Assembly: GCA_963794325.1 (NCBI GenBank)
Contig: CAWCDG010000006.1
Span: forward strand, 64,001 to 128,000
Direction: 5' to 3'
Source of the DNA: an uncultured delta proteobacterium
Lineage (GTDB): Bacteria; Desulfobacterota; Binatia; Binatales; Binataceae
DNA: 64,000 nucleotides
Shown here piece after piece: positions 49,239 through 58,862 of the stretch. Position numbers and translations under genes: made by a program. How positions within the stretch are numbered: position 1 is the stretch's first letter; each line of letters begins with the position of its first letter. The notes beneath the pieces were generated by a model that was not told the DNA's origin, ran no database searches, and saw nothing but the letters and a program-made list of their open reading frames with translations.

Positions 49239-49876
49239 AGTCGCGCCTTCTTCAGGCTGGCGTCCAACAGTTCGAGGGCCGTTCGCAGCTCTGCGATCGT
49301 TTCGATCAGGCTGTGATGCTCGATGCGAGTGCCGACACCGATGAAATGCATGCCTGCGGCTTCGGCGGCTTCGCGATCGATCCTACTGTCACCGACGTAC
49401 ACAGCGCGCGCAACATCGACCTTCGCGCGATCGAGGCATAGGCGCAGGATGTCGGGCGCAGGCTTGGGACGAACCTTGTCGAACGCACTGGCAACCGCGT
49501 CGAAAACGCTCTCGAGGCCCAGGTGCTCGACCAGCGCAGGCACCGTCGCCGAGCGATTGGTAGCGAGACCGAGCTTGTAGTGACGCTTGAGCTCCAGCAT
49601 GAATGGGCGCAATTCGAGCGACGGACGCAGCATCTTGAAGAACGGGGTCTGATCCATGCTGCGCGTCACGTCATGCATCGCGGCGAGCTTGGCCGCGTCG
49701 CCGCGCGCGCGGGCCGCGAACACTTCAGCGGCAGCGTATGAAATAGCGGAGATTTCCTCTTCGGGATCGAGCGGCGGCTCGCCAATCGCGGCGAAGATCC
49801 AGTTGTAATAGGCAACGTTCGATTCGGTGGAATCGAAGAGCACGCCGTCGGCGTCGAACATCACGAGTTCAATCAC
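49235..49876 (-). CDS. HAD-family hydrolase
   Basis: FDADGVL, ATN, KPAPD and YVGDS motifs. Confidence 0.9.
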   Translation of the reverse strand: MIELVMFDADGVLFDSTESNVAYYNWIFAAIGEPPLDPEEEISAISYAAAEVFAARARGDAAKLAAMHDVTRSMDQTPFFKMLRPSLELRPFMLELKRHYKLGLATNRSATVPALVEHLGLESVFDAVASAFDKVRPKPAPDILRLCLDRAKVDVARAVYVGDSRIDREAAEAAGMHFIGVGTRIEHHSLIETIAELRTALELLDASLKKARL

Positions 49877-49894
49877 GTCGAATACAAACGATGA

Positions 49895-50395
49895 TCAGCG
49901 GGCGGCGCGTTTGCGATCGGCGCGATCGGCGCGGCGCGGATGGGCGGGCGCGGGACGGCGCGGAATCGCGACGACCTCGCGGGCGGTGAGATGGTCTCCG
50001 CAATGTGAGCAGACCATGTCCGCCACGGTCTTCGCGCCGCAGACGCGATGTATCAGCGTCATCGGCGGACCCGATTCGTCGCTGAGCCACGTGTCGCCCC
50101 ATCGCATCATCGCGATCAGCACGGGATAGAGCTCGAGTCCCTTGCGGGTCAACCGATATTCGATGCGACCGCTGTCGCCTTCGCTGCGGGCGCGATCGAG
50201 GATTCCGTCGCGGACCAGGTCGCGCAGCCTCGAGCTCAGGATGTTGCGTGCGATTCCGGTGCCATTCTGAAACTCGTCGAAGCGATGGCGTCCGAGAAAC
50301 GCCTCGCGCAGGATCAGCATCGTCCAGCGCTCGCCGATTACCGACAGCGTTCGCGCCACGGAGCAATTCATATCCTTGACCGAATCCCATCGCAT
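49895..50395 (-). CDS. HxlR-family winged-helix regulator
   Basis: CSVARTLSVIGERWT.LILRE and EYRLT.KG motifs. Confidence 0.92.
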   Translation of the reverse strand: MRWDSVKDMNCSVARTLSVIGERWTMLILREAFLGRHRFDEFQNGTGIARNILSSRLRDLVRDGILDRARSEGDSGRIEYRLTRKGLELYPVLIAMMRWGDTWLSDESGPPMTLIHRVCGAKTVADMVCSHCGDHLTAREVVAIPRRPAPAHPRRADRADRKRAAR

Positions 50396-50476
50396 CGGCG
50401 CCTGTCACTCTCCTCCCCGAAACGAAATTTTCGCGAGCCGCCAGGTTCCCCAACTCAGCGGCGCGAGAGAAATATC

Positions 50477-50491
50477 GTTGCACTTTGAAAC
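50477..50491. promoter_or_regulatory. Putative HxlR-type operator
   Basis: GTTGCA-CTT-TGAAAC; related sites at 51040, 52779 and 52797. Confidence 0.55.
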
Positions 50492-50513
50492 TTGGTTTAC
50501 CAGCGGGTGTGAG

Positions 50514-50561
50514 AACCTGACCCTAAGCCCTTTTTCGGGTCCTCGAAGGAAGGGAAACCGG
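50514..50561 (+). repeat. Degenerate family A copy
   Basis: AACCTGACCCTAAGCCCTTTTT...GAAGGAAGGGAAACCGG. Confidence 0.55.
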
Positions 50562-50673
50562 GTGCAGAAAGGTGTTCCCGAGTTTGAACGGAACCGGATG
50601 GAGAGAAAGTCTTCCCGAGCAGGAAGGGCGGTCCGCCTTCTGCTTTGTCGAGCAGACTGCTAAACAAACGCGG

Positions 50674-50958
50674 ATGAGACTTCGTCGCGTTGCCGCGGTC
50701 ACGCTTGTGGGTTGGTGCCTGATAATGCCGCCGCTTACTCAAGACCGCCAACAGGTAGATAGTAAGGCTCCGCTTTCACGGTGGGATACGGTCGGGACCT
50801 ATCTGACCGCCACCGGGTGCCGGTCCGAGCTTGCCAAGCTGACGACGCTCCTCGCGGGCAATATCAACCTCTCTGTGATCCAAAGGCGTGCGCTGGCGGG
50901 GAGGTGCATGGCGGCCGATGATCCGCGCCTCCATGCGGACAATTTCGAGGTGTATTAA
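50674..50958 (+). CDS. Small secreted protein (VGWxLxxPP...C..DDPRL family)
   Basis: LVGWCLIMPP...APLSRW...C...RCMAADDPRL. Confidence 0.75.
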   Translation: MRLRRVAAVTLVGWCLIMPPLTQDRQQVDSKAPLSRWDTVGTYLTATGCRSELAKLTTLLAGNINLSVIQRRALAGRCMAADDPRLHADNFEVY

Positions 50959-51039
50959 GCGCGCGCGCCGTTCGAGGACTCGATCCTGAAACTTCGGAAT
51001 TCCGGTTGCGATTCAGTATGACGGCTGATAGCTGTATCA

Positions 51040-51054
51040 GTTGCAAATTGAAAC
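51040..51054. promoter_or_regulatory. Putative HxlR-type operator upstream of the DsbA-family gene
   Basis: GTTGCA-AAT-TGAAAC, about 20 nt before ATG. Confidence 0.55.
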
Positions 51055-51073
51055 TTAGATCGGGAGGTGTGCG

Positions 51074-51655
51074 ATGGCCACGCAGATCGAGTTTTTTTAT
51101 GACTACCTCAGTCCGTTCAGCTATCTCGCGGACACGCAACTGCCGGCGATTGCGCGGCGCACTGGCGCGGAGATCGTTTATCGGCCGATTTTGCTCGGTG
51201 CGATCATGAAGGCCACCGGGAACTCGGGGCCGATTCCGATTCAGGGCAAGGCGGGGTACAACGTTGCGGATTTTCAACGATGGGCGAGACGCTACGGCGT
51301 CGCAGCCCAATTCAGTCCGCATTTTCCATTCAACACGATTCGGGTGCTGCGCGCCGCGGTCGCTGCGCAACGTCATGGCCGATTTGCGGAGTTTCACGCG
51401 GGGGCATTTCGCGCGATTTGGGAACATGGCGAGAATCTCAGCAAGGAGGATGCGTTGCTGCGGCTGCTGAGTGAGGTGGGAATCGATCCGGCGGCAATTG
51501 ATGGGGATGAGATCAAGAATCAGCTGCGGGCGAACGCGGAAGAGGCGGTCAGGCGCGGTGCGTTCGGGGCGCCGACGTTTTTTGTCGGTGGTGAGATGTT
51601 CTGGGGGAATGACCGGCTGGAGTTCGTAGAGGAGGCGCTCATGCGCGCTGAGTGA
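51074..51655 (+). CDS. DsbA-family 2-hydroxychromene-2-carboxylate isomerase/GST kappa
   Basis: FFYDYLSPFSYL and GAFGAPTF.V..EMFWGNDRL motifs. Confidence 0.92.
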   Translation: MATQIEFFYDYLSPFSYLADTQLPAIARRTGAEIVYRPILLGAIMKATGNSGPIPIQGKAGYNVADFQRWARRYGVAAQFSPHFPFNTIRVLRAAVAAQRHGRFAEFHAGAFRAIWEHGENLSKEDALLRLLSEVGIDPAAIDGDEIKNQLRANAEEAVRRGAFGAPTFFVGGEMFWGNDRLEFVEEALMRAE

Positions 51656-51660
51656 CACGG

Positions 51661-51702
51661 AACCTAACCCCTAACCCCTTCCCTCGAGGGAAGGGGAACC
51701 GG
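51661..51702 (+). repeat. Repeat family A copy
   Basis: AACCTAACCCCTAACCCCTTCCCTCGAGGGAAGGGGAACCGG. Confidence 0.9.
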
Positions 51703-51765
51703 ACGCGCGTTATAATCAAAGCTCTCCGTTACTAGGAGGGGAACAGACTGTGCGAGGTGGTTCAT

Positions 51766-52740
51766 ATGAAAGCAATTGTAATCGACAAGATTGGCGGGCC
51801 TGAGGTGATGAAGATTGCCGAGGTTCCGAAGCCTGAGGTGAAACCTGGAACGGTCCTGATCAAGGTGCGCGCCGCGGGGATCAATTATGCCGACACGCTG
51901 TTCCGGCAGGGACAGTACGTGATGCAGCCTCAGTTTCCGGATACACCGGGGCTCGAGGCCGCGGGCGAGATCGAGGCGGTTGGATCAGGCGTGGCGAATT
52001 TCAGGCCGGGTCAGCGCGTCGCCGCGCTCGGCAGCAAGATGTACGCCGAATATGCGCTGGCGCCGGCGACGCAGGTGATTCCAATTCCGGACTCGCTCAG
52101 CTTTGAGAATGCGGCGGCGATTCCGGTGCAGGTGCTAACAGCGTGGCACCTGCTGCACACGGCGCATCAAACCAGGCCCGGACAGACGGTGCTGGTGCAT
52201 TCGGCGGCAGGCGGCGTCGGAATCGTCGCGGTGCAAATCGCGAAGGCAGCGGGCGCGCGCGTGATTGGAACTGTATCGAGCGACAGCAAAGCTGCGCTGG
52301 CGAAAGAGTATGGCGCGGACGACGTGATCAACTATGCCACTGGTGATGGTGATTTTGCGGTCGAGGCGAACCGTATCACGGGCGGACGCGGCGTCGATCT
52401 GATCCTGGATGCAGTCGGCGCGACTACGATGGACAAAGGGTTCACCTGCCTCGCGCCGTTCGGGCATCTGATTCTGTACGGACGATCGGGCGGGGCACCC
52501 GAGCCGATCAACCCGTTCAGGCTGTTCGATAAGTCGGTCAAGGTCAGCGGTTTCACGCTGTACACTGTGGCTGCGGTGCCCGACGTGATGCGAAGTGGAA
52601 TCGAGGAGTCGTTCAGGTTGATCGCGCAGGGCAAGGTCAAGTTGCTGGTGGGCAAATCGTTCCCGCTGGCGCAGGCGGCGGAGGCGCACAAGTTTATGGA
52701 ATCGCGGCAATCGACGGGAAAGCTGGTGCTGATTCCGTGA
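51766..52740 (+). CDS. NADPH:quinone oxidoreductase (MDR family)
   Basis: GINYAD, PGLEAAG, HSAAGGVG and STGKLVL motifs. Confidence 0.93.
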   Translation: MKAIVIDKIGGPEVMKIAEVPKPEVKPGTVLIKVRAAGINYADTLFRQGQYVMQPQFPDTPGLEAAGEIEAVGSGVANFRPGQRVAALGSKMYAEYALAPATQVIPIPDSLSFENAAAIPVQVLTAWHLLHTAHQTRPGQTVLVHSAAGGVGIVAVQIAKAAGARVIGTVSSDSKAALAKEYGADDVINYATGDGDFAVEANRITGGRGVDLILDAVGATTMDKGFTCLAPFGHLILYGRSGGAPEPINPFRLFDKSVKVSGFTLYTVAAVPDVMRSGIEESFRLIAQGKVKLLVGKSFPLAQAAEAHKFMESRQSTGKLVLIP

Positions 52741-52778
52741 ACCTCAGGGAGCAAGAGCCGCAATAGGATTTCGCTTCA

Positions 52779-52811
52779 GTGGCAATTTGCAACTTCGTGG
52801 CAAATTGCAAC
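52779..52811. promoter_or_regulatory. Tandem operator-like palindromes
   Basis: GTGGCAATTTGCAAC and GTGGCAAATTGCAAC, 18 nt apart. Confidence 0.55.
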
Positions 52812-53020
52812 TGCTTTTATTTTGTTGATGCCGAGGCGCAGAGCCCCTTCCGTTTCGGCGTAAACTTCAGGACTTCGTTGCGGTTTAATTCGATCGATCT
52901 TGATCGAATCTCGCGATCCCTGCCGGATAACGCGAACGCGCCTGCATAGTGCGAATAATTTTTGGCATGGCCATCAGAGTTTTCCTCGCGCCACATAAGA
53001 ATATTTTTCGCGCGGCGCGA

Positions 53021-53036
53021 TGGCACTACCGTTGCT
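53021..53036 (+). promoter_or_regulatory. Sigma54 promoter of the DUF1329 gene
   Basis: TGGCACTACCGTTGCT, about 33 nt upstream of ATG 53069 with an AGGAGG RBS. Confidence 0.7.
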
Positions 53037-53068
53037 TGCTCTTCCCCATTTCCGCCGAGGAGGAGCTC

Positions 53069-54391
53069 ATGGAACATTTGAGTAAGGATGTTCGTAGGAG
53101 TCGCGAGTTGCCCGCATCGGCCCGCATGGCGCTCGCCGTGCTGGGAGCGTTGATGGTAATCGCGATCGCTGCGGCTGCGCGCGCCGAAGTCAAGCCGGGC
53201 GATGTGATCACACCGATCAACGCGTCGAAGGTTAAGGACCTCGTCTCGCCGGGCGTCTACTACAAAGTCGAGAATGGGATGTCGATGAAGATTGTCCCGA
53301 GCGGACAGGTGGACTGGCCGCCTCCTTACAAGGACGCGACCGAAAAGTACTCGGCGCAGGTGCGGCTTAGCCGCGACAATCGCAGCCTCGTCGGCTACGT
53401 CGCGGGACAACCGTTCCCGCTGATTGATACCAACGACCCGCAGGTGGCCTCCAAGATCATGTGGAACAACGTGTTCCGGCCGCTGCTAACTGACGATTAT
53501 GACCTGCGGTTTTACGATTGCGAGAGTGTTTACGGCGGACGCAACAAGCCCAACAACGTGATCCAGTACTATCAGATCGGGCATTACGCCGGTTACGATC
53601 TGGTCGGGCGCGTCGAGGTCGAGCCGATGCCGGTCGATCCTGATTTCAAGAAAACCAACCGGCTGTGGCTGTTCGGCCTCTACCCGGTGCTATCACCCCA
53701 GGCGGAACGCGGCGAGGGATTCATCCGCTTTCGGTATGAACAACCCGACCGCGGCGACGACGATTGGAGTTGGAATCCGGGAACGCGGCGGGTTCGCCGC
53801 CTCAACGAAGCGCTGCAGAGCACGGCGACCGGCACGCAAACCTGGAACCCGGACCATTACTCGGGCTTCAACGCCAAGACTGAGGAATACAATTACAAGT
53901 TTCTCGGCGATCGCCCGATGCTCGGGGTCGCGCACGCGGAGCACTCGCCGGAATTGAAGTGCTCGACTGACGGCGGCGCCAGCGCGTGTCCCGAGGCGTG
54001 GGAGATGCGCAATATGTACATCGTCGAGGCGTCGCCGCGCCGCGAGCTGATTTCGCAAGCGCTGCAGGGCAAGACCATCATTTATATGGATTCGGAAATG
54101 TGGTTCGAGCCGTACATCGACGAATACGATCAGAAAGGCCAGCTCTGGCTGAATCATATCTGGTGGACGACGTATCGCGATCGTCCGGTGCCCGACGCGC
54201 GCGTGGCGATCTATCCGTTCAAGCGCGAGTTCGAAGTCGGGGCGGTCTCGACCGACGTGCAGAGCGGCTTCGCGACGATGTGCTATCTGCCCGGGTTGCA
54301 AACTCCGGAACGCGAGTGCTGGTACATCAACATGGGCGCAGTGGACAAGAACTTTTTCACGACCGACGCGATGGTCAAGGCTGCGCCGTAG
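53069..54391 (+). CDS. DUF1329 periplasmic protein
   Basis: Signal peptide; YVAGQPFP, W.P..RRVRR and YD..G.LW motifs. Confidence 0.85.
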   Translation: MEHLSKDVRRSRELPASARMALAVLGALMVIAIAAAARAEVKPGDVITPINASKVKDLVSPGVYYKVENGMSMKIVPSGQVDWPPPYKDATEKYSAQVRLSRDNRSLVGYVAGQPFPLIDTNDPQVASKIMWNNVFRPLLTDDYDLRFYDCESVYGGRNKPNNVIQYYQIGHYAGYDLVGRVEVEPMPVDPDFKKTNRLWLFGLYPVLSPQAERGEGFIRFRYEQPDRGDDDWSWNPGTRRVRRLNEALQSTATGTQTWNPDHYSGFNAKTEEYNYKFLGDRPMLGVAHAEHSPELKCSTDGGASACPEAWEMRNMYIVEASPRRELISQALQGKTIIYMDSEMWFEPYIDEYDQKGQLWLNHIWWTTYRDRPVPDARVAIYPFKREFEVGAVSTDVQSGFATMCYLPGLQTPERECWYINMGAVDKNFFTTDAMVKAAP

Positions 54392-54409
54392 CATTAACCT
54401 GATCCGATG

Positions 54410-54438
54410 ATGGGGCGGGCCTCGCGCCCGCCCCATTT
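54410..54438 (+). terminator. Rho-independent terminator
   Basis: ATGGGGCGGGC-loop-GCCCGCCCCAT-TT. Confidence 0.75.
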
Positions 54439-54489
54439 CGAAAACTTCCACTATCGCGCCGACGCTGTTCGCGAGCGCAGGAGGAACGC

Positions 54490-55212
54490 ATGGCGGAATC
54501 AAGTCGTCGTCCCGTTTGTGTGGTAATCGGCGTCGGGCCCGGTCTCGGCGCTGCTCTCGCGCGAAGGTTCGCCGCTGAGTACGCGGTCGCGCTGGTCGCG
54601 CGGGGCGAGGATAAACTGGCCTCGCTCGCGAAGGAGATCGAGAATGCCGGCGGCAAGGCGCTCGCGGTCCCGGCGGATGTGTCGAAGGCCGCAGATATAA
54701 CGGCGGCGTTCGAAAACATTCGGCGCGAGCTCGGCGAGGTCGATGCGCTGCTGTACAACGCCGCGATGCGGCCGTTCGGCAAATTGATGGACACCAAGCC
54801 GAGCACGTTCGAGAACACCTGGCGGGTGACTACATTCGGCGCTTTCATTGCCGCGCAGGAGGTGGTCCCGGCGATGCTGAAACGGGGTAGCGGTGTGATC
54901 ATCTTCACCGGCGCGACCGCGGGAATTAAACCGTTTGCGACTTCCGCGGCATTTGGACCGGCAAAGTTCGCGATGCGCGGGCTGGCGCAGGTGATGGCTC
55001 GGGACTTGCAGCCGCAGGGAATCCACGTCGCGTACGTCAACGTGGACGGCGCTATCGACATGCCGGCGATTCGCGAGCGCTTTCCGCAGATCACCGAAGA
55101 CGCGATGCTCAAGCCGTCGGCGATTGCAGAAACCTACTGGCATCTTGCGCATCAGGACCGCAGTGCGTGGTCGCACGACGTGGACGTCCGTCCGTTCAAG
55201 GAGAAGTGGTAG
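54490..55212 (+). CDS. Short-chain dehydrogenase/reductase
   Basis: GVGPGLG, YNA, FTGATA and F..AKFA.RGLAQ motifs. Confidence 0.92.
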   Translation: MAESSRRPVCVVIGVGPGLGAALARRFAAEYAVALVARGEDKLASLAKEIENAGGKALAVPADVSKAADITAAFENIRRELGEVDALLYNAAMRPFGKLMDTKPSTFENTWRVTTFGAFIAAQEVVPAMLKRGSGVIIFTGATAGIKPFATSAAFGPAKFAMRGLAQVMARDLQPQGIHVAYVNVDGAIDMPAIRERFPQITEDAMLKPSAIAETYWHLAHQDRSAWSHDVDVRPFKEKW

Positions 55213-55233
55213 GGAGCGCGGCTCCGCTGCCTC

Positions 55234-55290
55234 TTGACTCGCCAGCCTAATTAACTAGACAGTTAATAGCAGTATTAACTGTTCGGTTAA
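55234..55290 (+). promoter_or_regulatory. TetR promoter with two palindromic operators
   Basis: TTGACT at 55234; TTAACTAGACAGTTAA (55251-55266) and TTAACTGTTCGGTTAA (55275-55290). Confidence 0.75.
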
Positions 55291-55296
55291 CGATTG

Positions 55297-55980
55297 ATGG
55301 CTCAGCGACGCACAACTGTTCGCAATCTCAACCGCACGCGCGAGAAGATCCTCGCCGCGGCGCTGGTTGAATTTTCGGCGCGCGGATTTGCCGGGGCGAG
55401 GGTCGATGCGATTGCGCGGCGGGCGCGCGTCAACAAGCGAATGCTCTATTACTGCTTCGGGGCGAAGCAGGACCTGTATCGCGAAATACTGCGGCGCAAA
55501 ATCGCCGAGCGGAGCGAATGGCTCGAGTCGGCGCCCGACGACTTCGCCGGTGTGCTCGCGCACATCTATCTGTCCGGCGGAACGGATATCGAGTTCGTGC
55601 GCCTTATGGAATGGGAGGCGATCGACAGCGGCGGCAGAAAGTGTATCGCGGAGACTGAGCGTCGCGCGCTGTTTGAAAAGGCGGTCGCCCGGCTGCGCGT
55701 GCTGCAGCGCAGAGGATCGATTCCGCGAGGCGTCGATCTGACTCAGCTTTTTATTTCGATGCTGTCGCTGGCGCTGTTCCCGATGGTAATGCCTCAAATC
55801 ATCCGACTGATTCACGGCATGGAGCCGACCGACCCGCGGTTCATGCGTCAGCGCGCGGAATTTTTGCGCTGGCTCGGAGATCGGCTGGCTAAAGGAGATC
55901 GGCTGGCTAAACCTGTGAAGGCTTCGCGGAGCCGGCCGCGTCGCGGCGAATTATCCGCAAGGATCGATCAACTCGCATGA
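55297..55980 (+). CDS. TetR-family regulator
   Basis: ILAAA..EF...GFAGARVDAIA..A.VNKRMLYY.FG.K HTH. Confidence 0.93.
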   Translation: MAQRRTTVRNLNRTREKILAAALVEFSARGFAGARVDAIARRARVNKRMLYYCFGAKQDLYREILRRKIAERSEWLESAPDDFAGVLAHIYLSGGTDIEFVRLMEWEAIDSGGRKCIAETERRALFEKAVARLRVLQRRGSIPRGVDLTQLFISMLSLALFPMVMPQIIRLIHGMEPTDPRFMRQRAEFLRWLGDRLAKGDRLAKPVKASRSRPRRGELSARIDQLA

Positions 55981-56969
55981 ACAGACGAATCGTCATGCTG
56001 GTTGTGGTCGTGATCGTTGGGGTCGGCGCATGGGCGGGTTACTCGCATTATTTCGAAGACGGGGTCCCGACCGACAATCTACTGGTTTCCGGCAATATCG
56101 AAGCGCACGAAAGTGTCGTCAGCTTCAAGGCGGTGCAGTCGCGGGTAGTCGAATTGCCGTTCGACGAAGGGCAGTGGGTGAAGGCCGGCACGCTGTTGGC
56201 GCGGCTCGACGACAGCGATTATCGGCAGCAGGTAGCGATCAACGAAGCCGCGCTGCACGTGCAGGAACAGCAGTTGGCGTCGGCGATGCAGAAGCTCGAG
56301 GCGGCGCGATCGACGGTCACCAACGACGAGGCCGACCTCGCGCAGAAAAAGATCGACTACGCCCGTAATCAGAAGCTGTGGGTCGAAAAAATTATCTCGG
56401 GCGATCAACGCGACCATACTGACACCGCGCTGAAGGAATCGAATGCGGGGATGCAGCGCGACCTCGCGATGGCGCGCGGTGCGCAACAGGATATCGAAGT
56501 CGCCAAGGCGAGTATCCGCAACGCGAGCGAAAATCTCGAGCTGGCGAAAATCATGCTCGGCTACACCACGCTGCGCGCGCCGTTCTCGGGCGTGATCCTC
56601 ACCCGTCAGACCGAGCTCGGCGAAGTGATGCAGCCGGGGACGCCGGTGGTCACGCTCGCGGACCTGGATCACGTTTGGCTGCGCGCATACGTGGCGGAAA
56701 CCGATCTCGGGAGAATCCGATGGGGCCAGGCGGCGACGGTCCATACCGACACTTATCCCGACCGCGCGTATCCGGGGCAGATTTCATTTATCTCGTCGGA
56801 GGCGGAGTTCACGCCGAAGAGCGTCGAGACGCACAAAGAGCGCGTGACGCTGGTCTATCGAATCAAGATCGACGTTGCAAATCCGCATCACGAACTCAAG
56901 CCGGGGATGCCGGCGGACGCGACAATTCACCTCGGCGCTCCGGTGCAGAGCGGCAACAGTCGTGGATGA
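55977..56969 (+). CDS. HlyD-family membrane fusion protein (YbhG-like)
   Basis: SGNIEA, LRAPFSG, AEFTPK.VET and LKPGMPAD motifs. Confidence 0.92.
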   Translation: MNRRIVMLVVVVIVGVGAWAGYSHYFEDGVPTDNLLVSGNIEAHESVVSFKAVQSRVVELPFDEGQWVKAGTLLARLDDSDYRQQVAINEAALHVQEQQLASAMQKLEAARSTVTNDEADLAQKKIDYARNQKLWVEKIISGDQRDHTDTALKESNAGMQRDLAMARGAQQDIEVAKASIRNASENLELAKIMLGYTTLRAPFSGVILTRQTELGEVMQPGTPVVTLADLDHVWLRAYVAETDLGRIRWGQAATVHTDTYPDRAYPGQISFISSEAEFTPKSVETHKERVTLVYRIKIDVANPHHELKPGMPADATIHLGAPVQSGNSRG

Positions 56970-57903
56970 GAAGACGGTCATCGTCCGCGATCTGGTCAAG
57001 GATTTTCCGGGCGTTCGCGCGATCGACCACCTGAGCTTTGAGGTCGCACCGGGCGAAATATTTGGGATCGTCGGACCCGACGGCGCGGGCAAAACCACGA
57101 CCATGCGGATCCTTGCAGGAGTGCTGGCGCCTGACGCGGGCGCGGCGACGGTCGCGGGATGCGACGTGGTTGGCGACCCTGAAGGGGTCAAGCATCTGAT
57201 CAGCTATATGCCGCAGCGCTTCGGACTCTACGAAGATCTGACGGTGGACGAGAACATCCGATTTTACGCCGATCTGTTCGGCGTTCGCAGACGGGACCGG
57301 GAGCCGCGCGCCGCGGAACTGCTGAAAGCATGCGGCATGAGCGAGTTTCGTGCGCGTCAGGCCGGCAAGCTCTCCGGCGGAATGAAGCAGAAGCTGGGCC
57401 TGGTCTGCGCGTTGATACATACGCCGCGCGTATTGTTGCTCGACGAGCCGACCAACGGAGTCGATCCGGTATCGCGACGCGAATTCTGGGCGATGCTTTA
57501 TTCGCTGGTCGGCCAGGGCGTCACGGTGGTCAATTCGACGGCGTATCTCGACGAGGCCGAGCGATGCCATCGCGTCGCGCTGCTCCATCAGGGGCGGCTG
57601 CTTTTTTGCGATTCCCCTGCGCGTCTCAAGTCGCGGCTAAAGGGATCGGTGGTATCGATCGTGTCGTCGGAGGCGCGGCGCGTGCGCGACGAACTCGCTG
57701 CGGCCGAGGGTGTTTCGAGTTTGGTGCTGGTCGGCGATGCGGTTCATTTGTTTGTCGATGACGCCGAGCGGCGAATCCCTGATCTCAGTGCACGGTTGAA
57801 GGGGCGGGAGATTCCGTTTGATGAGATCGTCCGTGTGACACCGAGCATTGAAGATCTTTTTGTTGAGGCGGTGCGCAGAGACTCGACGTGTGTGGCGGCA
57901 TGA
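56962..57903 (+). CDS. ABC transporter ATP-binding protein
   Basis: GPDGAGKTT, LSGGMKQ and LLLDEPT motifs. Confidence 0.93.
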   Translation: MDEKTVIVRDLVKDFPGVRAIDHLSFEVAPGEIFGIVGPDGAGKTTTMRILAGVLAPDAGAATVAGCDVVGDPEGVKHLISYMPQRFGLYEDLTVDENIRFYADLFGVRRRDREPRAAELLKACGMSEFRARQAGKLSGGMKQKLGLVCALIHTPRVLLLDEPTNGVDPVSRREFWAMLYSLVGQGVTVVNSTAYLDEAERCHRVALLHQGRLLFCDSPARLKSRLKGSVVSIVSSEARRVRDELAAAEGVSSLVLVGDAVHLFVDDAERRIPDLSARLKGREIPFDEIVRVTPSIEDLFVEAVRRDSTCVAA

Positions 57904-58862
57904 TGGCTGCCAAGGGCTATTCGGTCGAGGTTGAGAACCTGGTGAAGCGGTTTGGGGATTTTACTGCAGTGGATCGGATTTCGTTTCAGACGCGGACTGG
58001 CGAAGTGTTTGGATTTCTCGGGCCCAACGGATCGGGGAAATCGACCACGATACGAATCCTGTGCGGATTGCTGCATCCGACGTCGGGACGTGCGACTGTC
58101 GCCGGCTACGATGTGGTCGAATCGCCGGAACTGATCCGCCGTAACATCGGATATATGTCGCAGAAGTTCTCGCTCTACGCCGATCTCACGGTGCTCGAGA
58201 ATTTGCGCTTCTATGCGGGGATGTACGGCGTGCCCGCGGCCGAGTCGCGCGGACGGATCGATTGGGCGCTCGAGATGGCCGGGCTGCGCGGGAGAGAGTC
58301 GAGCCTTACCGGCACTCTGGCCGGCGGTTGGAAGCAACGGCTCGCGCTCGGCTGCGCGGTTCTGCATCGGCCGCCGATCCTGTTTCTCGACGAACCAACT
58401 TCGGGCGTCGATCCGCTCTCGCGCCGGTTGTTCTGGGAGTTGATTCAGCAGATGAGCAGCGAAGGCGTCACCGTCTTCGTCACCACGCATTACATGGACG
58501 AGGCCGAATACTGCAACCGGCTGGCGCTGATGAACGGGGGGAAACTGATCGCATTAGGGACGCCCACCGAACTCAAGCTGGGATCGATAGAGGGAGCGTT
58601 GTTGTTGCTCGAATGCGATCGGCTGGGCGACGCGATCGAGCGGGTGCGGCGTATCGAGGGGGTTCGCGACGTCGCAGTGTTCGGCAACGCGCTGCATATC
58701 GTGGTAGCCGACGTGGTCAATGCGCCGGCGCTTCGCGCCGCGCTGGAAGCCGACGGAATCGCAGTAGAGAGCCTGAAAGTCATTCGTCCGAGCCTGGAAG
58801 ATGCGTTCGTCGCATTGACTACACGAGACCGCGATCGCGCCGTGCAGGAGTTGTCGCCGTGA
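57900..58862 (+). CDS. ABC transporter ATP-binding protein
   Basis: GPNGSGKST, LAGGWKQ, FLDEPT and TTHYMDEAE motifs. Confidence 0.93.
   Translation: MMAAKGYSVEVENLVKRFGDFTAVDRISFQTRTGEVFGFLGPNGSGKSTTIRILCGLLHPTSGRATVAGYDVVESPELIRRNIGYMSQKFSLYADLTVLENLRFYAGMYGVPAAESRGRIDWALEMAGLRGRESSLTGTLAGGWKQRLALGCAVLHRPPILFLDEPTSGVDPLSRRLFWELIQQMSSEGVTVFVTTHYMDEAEYCNRLALMNGGKLIALGTPTELKLGSIEGALLLLECDRLGDAIERVRRIEGVRDVAVFGNALHIVVADVVNAPALRAALEADGIAVESLKVIRPSLEDAFVALTTRDRDRAVQELSP

Noticed and set aside
58262-58858. N-terminal extension of the permease ORF (576 aa)
   Set aside because: Overlaps the ABC ATPase in another frame; the real start is the GTG at 58859, coupled to the ATPase stop.
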